Assembly (NCBI GenBank): GCA_036400935.1
Contig: DASWWW010000004.1
Coordinates: 7,808 to 71,807 of the forward strand
DNA from: Minisyncoccota bacterium
Lineage (GTDB): Bacteria; Patescibacteriota; Minisyncoccia; Phycocordibacterales; UBA6065
DNA: 64,000 bases
Direction of reading: 5' to 3'
Made by a program: the position numbers and the translations under genes. This document shows, in pieces, positions 1 to 9,300 of the stretch; within the stretch, counting starts at the first letter, position 1, and every line of letters begins with the position of its first letter. The notes beneath the pieces were generated by a model. It ran no database searches. It was not told the DNA's origin and was given only the letters and a program-made list of their open reading frames with translations.

Positions 1-793
1 GAGCGCTGGATAAGGTTCTCGGTATCCTCGCCGAGCGTGCCCAGCGCTCCGACGGTATTTACGAGAAGATCATAATAAATAGCCTCGTGCGGGATAAACA
101 TGAAGGCAAAATCCATAGTCCCCTCGTTCGGGCGAATGTATTTCGAAGTTTCCTTTATGCGCAACTTGAGGTCGTTGACGAAGGCCTTCTTGAAACGCTC
201 GCGCTCAGACTCGTTCTTCTCGCCTATCATGCGGTTATAGTTCTCGAGCGAGAATTTCGAGTCAACAGGGATGATCTTATCCTTTATGCGGACGATGGCA
301 TCTACGATCTCGCCATCCTTGAAGGCGTATTGCATAGCGTAGTCGCGGGGCGTCATGACGTTTTTCAGGAGGGTCTCAAGGTAGTACTCGCCCAGAACGC
401 CGCGCTGCTTTGGATTCTTGAGCATGTCCTGAAGGCCCTGGAGCTGATCGGCAAAGCCCACCATCTGCTTACCCGTCTCCTCGACGCGAGTCACTTTTTC
501 CGTGACGGACTTGATCTCGCGCAGGAACTGATCGACGAGGCGGTGCGACTCGCCCGCCATTTTCTGGGACTCGTTGCGCTGGTCGCGCATGCTCTCGTTT
601 ACGGCGCGGTTGGTTTGGTCGATCTTCTTGTCCACGGTATGGGCCAGATTATTCATCTGGTCGAGGAGGAGCTTCATGGCCGTATCGTCCTTGGCCGGCT
701 CAGGCTTGCTTCGGCGCAATATAAAGAAGAACATTCCGGCATTGAGGGCGAGAATGAGGATGGCGAATACTATGATGAGTGCTGTTTGCATGG
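1..793 (-). CDS. rmuC: DNA recombination protein RmuC, N-terminal part (gene runs off left edge)
   Basis: My own translation of the minus strand from the ATG at 791-793 gives an N-terminal TM helix, a long coiled-coil, then PRDYAMQYAFKDGEIVDAIVRIKDKIIPVDSKFSLENY, typical of RmuC. It is not in the ORF track because the stop lies outside the window. The plus ORF 87..812 is its antisense artefact. Confidence 0.6.
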
Positions 794-811
794 CATTAGT
801 ATATCGCTATA

Positions 812-1273
812 ATGGGGTTTATGACACTACACCAAATAATCAAGGCAGATACTAAGGCGGCTATGATCGCGAAGGACTCGGCAAAGACCATGGTTCTCCG
901 CGGCGTCGCGGCTGAAATCCAGAAGGAATTGCTCGCGAAGGGCTCTTTCGCTACCGAAGGCACCGACGAGGAGACGCTCGCGGCTATCAAGAAGCTCGTA
1001 AAGCAGCGCAAGGACTCTATCGACCAGTTCGAGAAGGGCGGCCGACCTGAGCTCGCTGAGGGTGAGAAGGCGGAGCTGGCGATTTTGCAGGCCTACCTCC
1101 CTGCCTCGATGCCAAAGGACGAGATCAAGAAGATCGTCCTCGCAAAGCAGGCCGAGATGGGCGTTACCGACAAGACGGGCGCAGGAAAGCTTATCGGAGC
1201 TGTATCCAAGGAGCTCAAGGGCAAGGCTGAAGGCTCCGATATCAAGGAAGTAGTGGACAGCCTGTTTGCGTAA
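812..1273 (+). CDS. yqeY: GatB/YqeY domain protein
   Basis: 153 aa. VKQRKDSIDQFEKGGRPELAEGEKAELAILQAYLP and the C-terminal KGKAEGSDIKEVVDSL match the YqeY family. A strong terminator follows. Confidence 0.85.
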   Translation: MGFMTLHQIIKADTKAAMIAKDSAKTMVLRGVAAEIQKELLAKGSFATEGTDEETLAAIKKLVKQRKDSIDQFEKGGRPELAEGEKAELAILQAYLPASMPKDEIKKIVLAKQAEMGVTDKTGAGKLIGAVSKELKGKAEGSDIKEVVDSLFA

Positions 1274-1297
1274 GGTCGGATCTCTAGACAAAATACG

Positions 1298-1340
1298 AAA
1301 TGCCGGGCGCGCTTCGCGCGCCCGGCATTTGCTTTTCCCC
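1298..1340 (+). terminator. rho-independent terminator after yqeY
   Basis: Perfect GC-rich hairpin tgccgggcgcgc-ttcg-cgcgcccggcat followed by a T-rich run. Confidence 0.8.
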
Positions 1341-1351
1341 AAAAGGAGTAT

Positions 1352-1808
1352 AATGAAGCTCAGAATGCAACAACAGACTCGCCTGGCCATCAAAGGCATA
1401 GGTAGAACTGTGCCGAGCGCGGACGATATTGCGAAAGAAGCCGTCGAGGACCTGGCCCGATATCCTAACAATCAGGACAGGCTCTCAGTTGAAAAGAAAT
1501 TCTCGAAAAAATACGGAATCTCCGACATAATCGTCCGCTGGGAAATACTTCAAGCGATCGACAAGCTGATAGCAGCTGATCCCCGCTTCAAGAAAAAAGA
1601 GCAGCCTCAGCCAGTGGCGTCAGCGCCGCTAGCGACAGGAGCTCCTCCCACAAAGAAAAGAGGCCTCTTGCTGGAAGTCGAACGGCGTATCGAGGATGCC
1701 AGACTTCAAAATTATGAAGCATCCCTGACCACTCCCCCGACGCCCGCAAGCGAACCTCCGCCACCCCGCACAGATAAACCCGCCCAGCTCGACCTCAACC
1801 TCGGCTGA
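1352..1808 (+). CDS. hypothetical protein with Pro-rich C-terminus
   Basis: Start moved to the ATG at 1352 (MKLRMQQ), which follows the terminator at 1298-1340 and has AAGGAG 6 nt upstream. The track's start at 1266 would read through the terminator. 152 aa, no recognisable domain. Confidence 0.5.
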
Positions 1809-1820
1809 GCAGCAATCAAA

Positions 1821-1858
1821 CCGGCCGGAACGCGTAGCGTTCCGGCCTGATTTGTTTG
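1821..1858 (+). terminator. rho-independent terminator
   Basis: ggccggaacgc-gta-gcgttccggcc hairpin followed by tgatttgtttg. Confidence 0.65.
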
Positions 1859-1891
1859 ATATACTTAATCCATTAGCCTAGCAATACACAC

Positions 1892-2086
1892 ATGATCCGA
1901 AACAACCTTTTTAATTTGATGAATCAGGCAGTGCAAGAGTCAAAAAGCGTTTGGCGCATCAAGAACCAGTACATGCAGGAAGCGGTCGGCTCTGACGACA
2001 TGATGAACCTCTGGAAAGAGATCGAGAAGACTAAGGAGGAGCAGATCGACAAGCTCCAGGCCCTGATCAAGAAATACAACGCATAG
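1892..2086 (+). CDS. small hypothetical protein (64 aa)
   Basis: Clean ORF in an AT-richer pocket, followed by a terminator. No domain recognised. Confidence 0.4.
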   Translation: MIRNNLFNLMNQAVQESKSVWRIKNQYMQEAVGSDDMMNLWKEIEKTKEEQIDKLQALIKKYNA

Positions 2087-2088
2087 CA

Positions 2089-2126
2089 AAGCGAAAGCCG
2101 CCCGAAGGGCGGCTTTCGCTTTTCAT
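2089..2126. terminator. bidirectional terminator between convergent genes
   Basis: gcgaaagccgccc-gaag-ggcggctttcgc hairpin flanked by A- and T-runs. Confidence 0.75.
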
Positions 2127-2131
2127 CTCCC

Positions 2132-2485
2132 CTACGGGCGAACCTTGAACGTCACGATCGACGGCCTCCCTGCCGCATCGATCGAATAGGTAAAGTCAGC
2201 GACATACGCGTTGTGCCCATCTTCATACAATACCGTACCGGACTTCGCATACACCTCTACGGATGTCGTATAAAACTTCCCTCCCATGGTTTCCTTTATC
2301 GGAGAGAGCGTCGATACGTTCATCTGGACATATTCCTGAACGGCCACGATATGCTCGACTGCATGATTGGTGGTCGGCTGCGGGACGGGACGCTGACGCG
2401 GCTCTGGATCTGGGAACAGCATCAAAGCGAGCGATCCGACGACGGCGATCGTGAGTATCAGGATGAGGGTCGATGATTTCTTCAT
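2132..2485 (-). CDS. secreted or membrane-anchored hypothetical protein
   Basis: Start placed at MKKSSTLILILTIAVVGSLALM, a signal-peptide-like N-terminus. No catalytic motif. Confidence 0.5.
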   Translation of the reverse strand: MKKSSTLILILTIAVVGSLALMLFPDPEPRQRPVPQPTTNHAVEHIVAVQEYVQMNVSTLSPIKETMGGKFYTTSVEVYAKSGTVLYEDGHNAYVADFTYSIDAAGRPSIVTFKVRP

Positions 2486-2556
2486 GCTTTTAGTATAGCA
2501 AAATAGGCCCAAGACTTTCGTCGAGGGCCCATTGAATTTTCTCGCGCCGCCAGCAG

Positions 2557-3210
2557 TTACCGGTTAAGGAACCATGGGAGGACGAGGAGGAGGCAAACGA
2601 TTATGTTCGCTCCAGAATAGAGGCGATCCTTGAGCGTCCACTCCTTTGCCGAAGCGAAGGCGAGAACGTTCGTGATCAGAAATCCGCTATTCGCGATGAT
2701 CGGTATGGTAGCTGGCGACTGCCAGCTCATAACGATGAACGGCACCGCCGCGATGACCGCAGCCACGACAGAGAGCACGAGCGCCCACATCGGGCCTTTG
2801 GTCATCCACAGCACTACGCACAGAAAGACGAGGATGGCGATCAGGGTATCGAAACCCGTCCAGCCATAACGTCCCTTTGCGAGGAGAACCGCGGTTGTCG
2901 CCGTGGCTCCGGTGGCGAAGATCGCCGGCACCACGGGACTTACCTTCTGCTTGTACATGGTGATGGAGGTGATCCAAGCCAGTGCCGACCAGAGGGCAAA
3001 GGTGGTGAGCGAAAGCCCCTCACCCGTACCGCGGGCTGTCATGATCACCAAATGAAGGTAAGCAAGACTGCCGATCAAGACGCTAAGAAATCTGAGTTTC
3101 GTTTTCAAGTTAACTGATTGGTTGAACTGAGTTTGGTTGAGAGTAGCTCCGAAAAGACAATAATTTGCAATTTCGAAGCTATCCTCAACCGTCGCCAACC
3201 TTTCAATCAC
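2557..3210 (-). CDS. polytopic membrane protein, paralog A of a tandem pair
   Basis: 217 aa with ~6 TM helices. Shares ARGTGEGLSLTTFALWSALAWITS and the ...AVPFIV...IPIIANSG block with 3325..3933. Confidence 0.6.
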   Translation of the reverse strand: MIERLATVEDSFEIANYCLFGATLNQTQFNQSVNLKTKLRFLSVLIGSLAYLHLVIMTARGTGEGLSLTTFALWSALAWITSITMYKQKVSPVVPAIFATGATATTAVLLAKGRYGWTGFDTLIAILVFLCVVLWMTKGPMWALVLSVVAAVIAAVPFIVMSWQSPATIPIIANSGFLITNVLAFASAKEWTLKDRLYSGANIIVCLLLVLPWFLNR

Positions 3211-3290
3211 TCTAATATATATTATACTCTACATATATGTAAAAGTCAATAGTTTGAGGATGGCCCGAATTGAGCTTAATTTGGCAAATA

Positions 3291-3320
3291 AAAAGACCCA
3301 GAACAATCTGGGTCAGACGC
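3291..3320 (-). terminator. rho-independent terminator (minus-strand sense)
   Basis: Minus sense reads ctgacccagattgttctgggtc followed by tttttatttg, directly downstream of the stop of 3325..3933. Confidence 0.7.
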
Positions 3321-3324
3321 GCCG

Positions 3325-3933
3325 TTACCACACGAACATGAGCAGCCACGGCAGGACGAGCGCGATGCCGAGCATGATATTCGCCACATAGAACAGCCAT
3401 GACTCAATCTTCCGATTCGGGATAGCCATCAGCCCGAGGATGTTTGCGGCAAGGCATCCGGCATTGGGAATGATCGGGCTGTGTTCCGGCCTTTGCCATG
3501 TCAGCGCGATGAAAGGCACGGCCGCTATCATGCCGGCCGCTACGGACAAGACGAGGGCCTTTGTCTTTTCATTCCCGATTAGGGCCACGATACAGAAGGT
3601 GGCAAGGGACGTCGTCAGTCCGTCCAAGCCCGAAAAGCCGTACCGCCCTTTAAAAACAAGAATGATGGACGTGGTGGTTGCTCCGGTCGCATAGATGCAC
3701 GGGACGATCAGAGCGGATCTTTCAACCTTGCCCAGCATCGAAACGGTGGTGATCCAAGCCAGGATCGACCAAAGGGCGAACGTGCTGATCAGGAGCCCCT
3801 CGCCCGTTCCGCGGATGATGGCGCATATCATGTAGGCGTAAGAGCCGGCAGCGATTATGGCGCTTAGGATTTTGAGCAGTTTTTTCAAGCAGCAGATGGA
3901 TTGGTTGTTGCGGTGGAGTTGATCTGGGCACAC
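3325..3933 (-). CDS. polytopic membrane protein, paralog B of a tandem pair
   Basis: 202 aa. IRGTGEGLLISTFALWSILAWITTVSM aligns with paralog A at roughly 40-45% identity by eye. Confidence 0.6.
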   Translation of the reverse strand: MCPDQLHRNNQSICCLKKLLKILSAIIAAGSYAYMICAIIRGTGEGLLISTFALWSILAWITTVSMLGKVERSALIVPCIYATGATTTSIILVFKGRYGFSGLDGLTTSLATFCIVALIGNEKTKALVLSVAAGMIAAVPFIALTWQRPEHSPIIPNAGCLAANILGLMAIPNRKIESWLFYVANIMLGIALVLPWLLMFVW

Positions 3934-3983
3934 TATGCCACACGGCTATCTTTTAAGCCAATCGGATGATAGGGTGATAAAAA

Positions 3984-4625
3984 ATGAGTACCGAACCTAC
4001 CCTGCCCACCCTGTTCATTGATTTCGACAACTGCAAGTTCAGCACAAAACTAGCTGAAATGGCCTATATCAACTGGAGATACGGCGTGAATTCCGTACCC
4101 GCAGACTATGCCGACAGCTTTTGGATCGACGAGATCCTGGCGAAGTACCTGCCGCCCGAGAAAATCCCTTCCCGAGAAGAGATCTATCGCGACCTTACCC
4201 TAAACTACCTCACCTCCATCGAACACCACGCAAGCATAGAGCCCATGGAGGGCATTTGCGAAGTCCTGCCTCTTCTGGCAAAGCGCTACTCGCTGTGGAC
4301 GGTGACCGCCCGCGTAAAGACGAGCCAAACGGTCGTCATGCACATGAACGAGCTTCATGTGCCCGGATGCATCTCTGGCGTCCATCACGTCTGGGATTTT
4401 GTTGAGGGTAAATTCAAGAAGATCGCATCCAAGCGAGACTTCATTGCGTCGTTTGCTGGTAAAAAAGTAGGATTCATCGACGACTCCCCTACCGAGGTCC
4501 TTGAAGTCGACGGCGTTGTTCCGGCTTTCCTGTTCGACCCTCACCACCAGCACGATGGCAATACTCGCATACAACGCCGGGTACGGAACTGGCACGAGAT
4601 CGGCGAGATATTCCTTGCAGCTTGA
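3984..4625 (+). CDS. HAD-superfamily hydrolase, putative nucleotidase
   Basis: N-terminal LFIDFDNCKF (DxD motif I) and the late GFIDDSP (motif IV-like), resembling 5'(3')-deoxyribonucleotidase-type HAD proteins. Confidence 0.55.
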   Translation: MSTEPTLPTLFIDFDNCKFSTKLAEMAYINWRYGVNSVPADYADSFWIDEILAKYLPPEKIPSREEIYRDLTLNYLTSIEHHASIEPMEGICEVLPLLAKRYSLWTVTARVKTSQTVVMHMNELHVPGCISGVHHVWDFVEGKFKKIASKRDFIASFAGKKVGFIDDSPTEVLEVDGVVPAFLFDPHHQHDGNTRIQRRVRNWHEIGEIFLAA

Positions 4626-4631
4626 GACTAT

Positions 4632-4662
4632 GCGGCGCCGTCTACGGACGGTGCTTTTTTAT
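4632..4662 (+). terminator. rho-independent terminator
   Basis: gcgccgtc-tacg-gacggtgc hairpin (one mismatch) followed by tttttt. Confidence 0.65.
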
Positions 4663-4684
4663 ATTTGATATATGGAAGCTTTTG

Positions 4685-4825
4685 ATGTATAAACGAAACC
4701 GTATGATCACCCGCATTCACCGTGCGATTTACCGCACTTGGGGCAAGCCAGTTCGCCTTCGTCGGAAGAGCCGCGGTCAGCGTCGAAAGTTTTTCGGCGG
4801 CAGCGGTCGCCGTTCTACTTGGTAA
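4685..4825 (+). CDS. putative very basic Arg-rich micro-protein (47 aa)
   Basis: MYKRNRMITRIHRAIYRTWGKPVRLRRKSRGQRRKFFGGSGRRSTW. It sits between terminators at 4632-4662 and 4838-4870 with GGAAG 7 nt upstream. It could also be a small RNA locus. Confidence 0.3.
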   Translation: MYKRNRMITRIHRAIYRTWGKPVRLRRKSRGQRRKFFGGSGRRSTW

Positions 4826-4837
4826 AAGGTAGCGGCA

Positions 4838-4870
4838 GTCCGTATCAGACAAGATACGGGCTTTTTTATT
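4838..4870 (+). terminator. rho-independent terminator
   Basis: ccgtatc-agacaa-gatacgg hairpin followed by cttttttatttg. Confidence 0.7.
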
Positions 4871-4910
4871 TGAGCGCATCGATAAAAAAGCCGCCCTGAA
4901 GAGGTGGCGG

Positions 4911-5348
4911 CTAGCCCTGGGGCAAGGCGAGAAATTCGAGGAATTCCTTGCTATCGAGCGCGGCGTTCGGAACCGAGACGCTCAGGGCATACTGAGCGAT
5001 CCGCCATTCGCCGCCCGGGCACTTCACCAAAGTTCCCGATCCGCGCATGGGGCCGTAATCCTCATGGTTGAGCGTCTCGTGAAAAAAGGCGACGCCGGGG
5101 TGATCTCCGACCTTTTTGATCTTGAGATCGATGGAACTCATACGCCATCCATTCGACTTTGCGAGAGTATCGGCGAGAGCGCCAATCGACCAATACTCGG
5201 TGTCGTCCGTGCCGACGAAAATCCCATCAGAAGTGAATGATTCCAAGAGGAGCGGTACATCCTTGCTCGCGGCCGCCTGCAGGTGGCCGCGAAGCGGACG
5301 AAGGATGCCATCATGCTCGGATAAGTCAAAACCGGCAATATCGTGCAT
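4911..5348 (-). CDS. SnoaL/NTF2-like (DUF4440-type) protein
   Basis: 145 aa, small alpha+beta cone-type composition, high GC. Function unknown. Confidence 0.45.
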   Translation of the reverse strand: MHDIAGFDLSEHDGILRPLRGHLQAAASKDVPLLLESFTSDGIFVGTDDTEYWSIGALADTLAKSNGWRMSSIDLKIKKVGDHPGVAFFHETLNHEDYGPMRGSGTLVKCPGGEWRIAQYALSVSVPNAALDSKEFLEFLALPQG

Positions 5349-5579
5349 AAGAACTAGAAGTTTGAGGATTTCTCCGTGGCGATATGCCGGTGGAGACCTA
5401 AGCTCAAGCTACTCCAACGCGAGGGAAAGTCAATTAGGCGCGGGTATCAACCTATCCGTACTTTCCTGCTGGAAAGTCGGACGGTCGCCCGTCAGCCTCG
5501 TTGCCCTTAGTGAAATAGGGGCTGACAAGCACTCCCCGTTCGATGAATTATCGTACGCCTGTTTCTCTTATCAGACATG

Positions 5580-6143
5580 TCACTTAGCCTTAATCACCAT
5601 TTCCATCTCTGGGATTGTTGCTCCGCTTTTCATTCTCCATTTTTCGTCAGACCATCTCTTGCCAGTGTCCACGAAACCAAGCTTCTTATAGAAATCGAGA
5701 GCTTTCTGATTGTATGTTGCCACCTGTACGATTATGTCTTTATCGGGTACAGCAAACTTTTTTACCTCTTCCCACAGCTTTGTGCCAATTCCTCTGCCGT
5801 GAAAATCGGGCAAAACATAGATGGTCCTTAACTGGTTATTGTCCTCATTTCTAATCATGGTTGCCACGCCAACAACCAAATCACCTGACTTCGCCACAAC
5901 CCTCCTTTGATTTTCTGGAGTATTCGCAATTCGCTCCTGCTGGCTTTTAATCTTTTCCTCGGTGAATGCGTCTTTGTATGTTTCCTCAACATCCTCAGCC
6001 GTAATGCCTATTCCTTCATTTGGATACGTTGCAAGCCATGCTTTGTACAAAACATTGGTAATACCCTCAGCGTCTTGAGGTACCGCATCCCTTACTTCAA
6101 TTTTCGGTTCTTTTTCGGCTAGGCTTTCCATGGATAAAGCCAT
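5580..6143 (-). CDS. GNAT family N-acetyltransferase (island cargo, low GC)
   Basis: VATMIRNEDNNQLRTIYVLPDFHGRGIGTKLW carries the acetyl-CoA binding R/Q-x-x-G-x-G motif, and ALDFYKKLGF is the C-terminal GNAT motif. The true start may be the second ATG at 6129 (MESLAEK), because an extended -10 overlaps the first ATG. Confidence 0.8.
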   Translation of the reverse strand: MALSMESLAEKEPKIEVRDAVPQDAEGITNVLYKAWLATYPNEGIGITAEDVEETYKDAFTEEKIKSQQERIANTPENQRRVVAKSGDLVVGVATMIRNEDNNQLRTIYVLPDFHGRGIGTKLWEEVKKFAVPDKDIIVQVATYNQKALDFYKKLGFVDTGKRWSDEKWRMKSGATIPEMEMVIKAK

Positions 6144-6160
6144 TTTACCATTTTCGCTGG
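6129..6160 (-). promoter_or_regulatory. extended -10 promoter (TGGTAAAAT) abutting the GNAT start, giving a leaderless or very short leader
   Basis: Minus sense reads cgAAAATGGTAAAATGgctttatccATG. The same 14-mer GAAAATGGTAAAAT recurs upstream of the giant gene. Confidence 0.4.
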
Positions 6161-6398
6161 CGGGACACCAAAATCTCCTTGTTCTTCAAGGTAAATGCTG
6201 ATAGTGATAGCGATAAATCGCTGAATGTGAACCAATTGTACTTAGAATGGAACACCTTGGAAAGTACGGTTTTGAAGTGGAACTCCGTATTTAGACAGTT
6301 TGGTCTTTCAGAAATGGTTGGAGCAAATGCTTAGGATTTAAGGTGCTTTTTAAAACCTTCCTGCTAAAGTCTTTACCTTATCAGTAATAGAACTATAC

Positions 6399-9300
6399 CT
6401 AGCTAGAGATGATTAAAGAGGCTGAGGGGTCGAGTTTTTCGTTTGCACGGGCAATCGCATCAATCTTCTCCTGAGTGTGAGCACCCACAACAATGGTCTT
6501 ATTTTCATTGATTGCCTTTACTGATGCAGAGATTAAAGCACGACCCAGCAAAACCCTGTTCTTATCAGTTGGGTATGTAGACATAATCTCTGTATAAATT
6601 TTTTCTACAACACTTACAGGAACGGAGTCGTCTATGAGAAGCTTAAGGATGAAATAAAACACCAATTTAAGTGCATTATCTGGATTTACCCCATACTCTG
6701 CTGAAAGGGTTAAAGGAAGGTGGAGCTTCTTCAAGTTTTCTACTTGTACTACAGTAATTGCTCCATCTCCGAAAACAGCCTTCTCCAAATCTTGCGTAAC
6801 AAATTGCAAAAACCTGAAACGGTAAGAAGCGAGATATGAAAAATAGTCTAAATATTCCTGAAAGCTTATACGACCCTGTTCATAAAGCACTCGCATTAAA
6901 ACGAAAGATGAGAAATATTGAGGCTTCGGTTTCTTTGTCTCAAGCTCATTCATATGCAAATACAGGAAATCTTCAGTCAGAACAGGGATACCTTCCCTTT
7001 GAGCAAGAATTGTTGCATCAGTCACGCTTGCTGGAATTTCTCGCTCCGAAAACACATCTTCCTTGCTTGCAGAAGAGATAACCCCAATGTTTGCTGTGTT
7101 TAACTCAAGCAATGCAATGGTCTCAGAAATTCTTTTTCCAGCTAAATCTCGTGCTTCTGGATTTAATTCCGAGTAACCAATTTTTCCTTTGGAATAAAAC
7201 ATCTGACCCGCTTGTCCAGGGGTATAGCTTAGTTTGTCCTTAATTTCTAAAAGCAAACTAATGACAGACTGAGGTACTTTAATGTTTGGAAGATGAGGAT
7301 GTAATTTTCTTAAAAGACCTGTTTCAGCAAGAACCCACGCTGAAGTACCGTCCAAATAAAACGGCTCTTTATTGGCGATAATCCTTGTGACAACATCCTT
7401 TTGAGACTTAAACTCCGCCATTGTTCCATCGCTCATCCTTATAAAGCCTCTCTGCTCGTTTTGTATTCTTCCAATCGCATTTGTAAAGCCTCCTTCACTT
7501 ACAACAAGAAGTGCGAACGGTAAGTTCTGGTCACAATAGTTGTTGAAGAACTCCTGACCTCGCTCCTGCTGTGCTTTCATTAGAGCCTCGACATTTTTCA
7601 AATCAATTCCACCATCCTCAGTCTGGGGTACTTCGATGGAAACTGCCGCATCCCACATTCCTTCGAGTGATAGTTTTTGGAAATGATGGTAAGTCTGCCA
7701 CATAATATATTTCTCTATGGGCAGTATGTTCTCTATAGTTTTCTCTTTTTTATCAGAAGCATACGCATTAGCAATTGTTATTTTCTCACCGACTTTCTTT
7801 CCGATGTAATCCTTCTGTTTTTGCGATGGAATAGGCTGTGCATCTAGTGACTCTCCATCACCAACAAAATACCAGCCATCTTCCTCTTTGAACTTCACAA
7901 ATCTTTCTTTCTCAATTTGACCATCTGTCACCAGTTTTATATCAAGGATATTTCCAATGGTATTGAAAACCATAAAAAGCCCAGCATATTCCTGTGGAGA
8001 CGGTCTTCGTGCGAGAGTTGCGCCACGCACAACTGCCTCAAGTGCAGTTTTTGCATCGTTATGCCTCAAATACACTTCTGAAACAAGGAGAGCATTGCTT
8101 TCAAAATCAGAGAGGTAATTTTTGTATGTCTCTACAAGCTCTTTTGCTTTCTTATTATCTTCATCAGTGTTTCTCCTTAGGAGTGCACTAACGGTTTGGC
8201 ACAATAGGATAGCCTTGTTGTTCTCGTCCAATAGAGTTATGTACTCCTTCTTTCCAAGTATCTCTTCTCCAATTTTTATGGTTTCAGGTAAGCGACCAAG
8301 CTTAAAGTTAGCGGTAAAAAGCTCAAGCTTAATCCGAACTATTCTGTCGGCTTCCTTTTCATAGGTGAGTATCTTTTCACCAAAAATTAGGACAAAGTCC
8401 CAAGCTTCTTTTTTCTTTGCTACACCAAGAAATTTTTGGCTATCAACATACCCAATCTTCGACAAATCCATTTTCTTGAGGACATCGAAAGCGCCATCAG
8501 CATTACCTGCTTCATCTTCTAAAAGTAAATAAAGTCTATCTTTGTGTATTTCCCCAGTGTCAGGAAGAGCCTCAATTATTTTCTTTCGCAAATCTGGCTG
8601 GTTAATTGCGATGCAGGTCATAACTGCGAACTGGTGGTCATCTTTTACTTTAGCAACGAAGCCGTCATAGTCCTTCTCTTCCAAATCATCGATTAGTGCA
8701 ACAAAATTATCCAACTTTTTGCTTGCATAAAACTCCTTACCCTTGGTTTCAAGAGTGCCTTGGTCGAGGAATTGGAGAAACATTCTCTTTGCAAATCCGT
8801 CTGACAGAGGTCTTTCTGCTTTATCTAAGTAAGTAAGCAGTTTTTCAAATCCTGCTTTTGGTAGACCTGCAAACGCAAGAAGGTCAGTCAATATACCATC
8901 AATGACATTATCAAAATGGCAAGAAAGGATTAGTTCAAATGTGTCTTTAACTATCGAGGCAAAATCGTCCAAGCGCTCACTCTGAACAAGAAGCATCGCC
9001 TGTTTGTAATTCAAGTAGACCTGATTGCGAACACCAATGTTACCTGAAGCTTTGAACTTATCGTTTGTGGCTTTTATTTCCTTAAGTATTTCTTCAGTTT
9101 TACTCTTTCTTTTGACCTCATCGGTCTCAGATATGAGATTGTTGATATCCATCGCAATTTTCGCATCATAGTTGGATATTTTTTCAGGATTAAAATACAG
9201 TGCTCTTTCAATAAAAGCTGTTGCGTTTACATCGTCCTCTGATTGCTTCAGGATATTTCCATAAAGTCGATAATAATCAGACTTAATCTTTGCGTCAGCA

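Noticed and set aside
87-812. 241-aa plus-strand ORF covering the left end of the window
   Set aside because: The Leu/His/Glu-rich translation is the mirror of the minus-strand rmuC reading frame (RmuC motifs translate cleanly from the ATG at 791-793). It is an antisense artefact.
5349-5579. GGAAAGTC... strings and hairpins in the SnoaL-GNAT intergenic region that superficially resemble the RNase P RNA P4 region
   Set aside because: Only a 230-nt spacer is available and there are no GGUAAGAGCGCACC or ACAGAACCCGGCUUA counterparts. The region also coincides with the island's GC transition. More likely it is promoter, terminator and att-site DNA.
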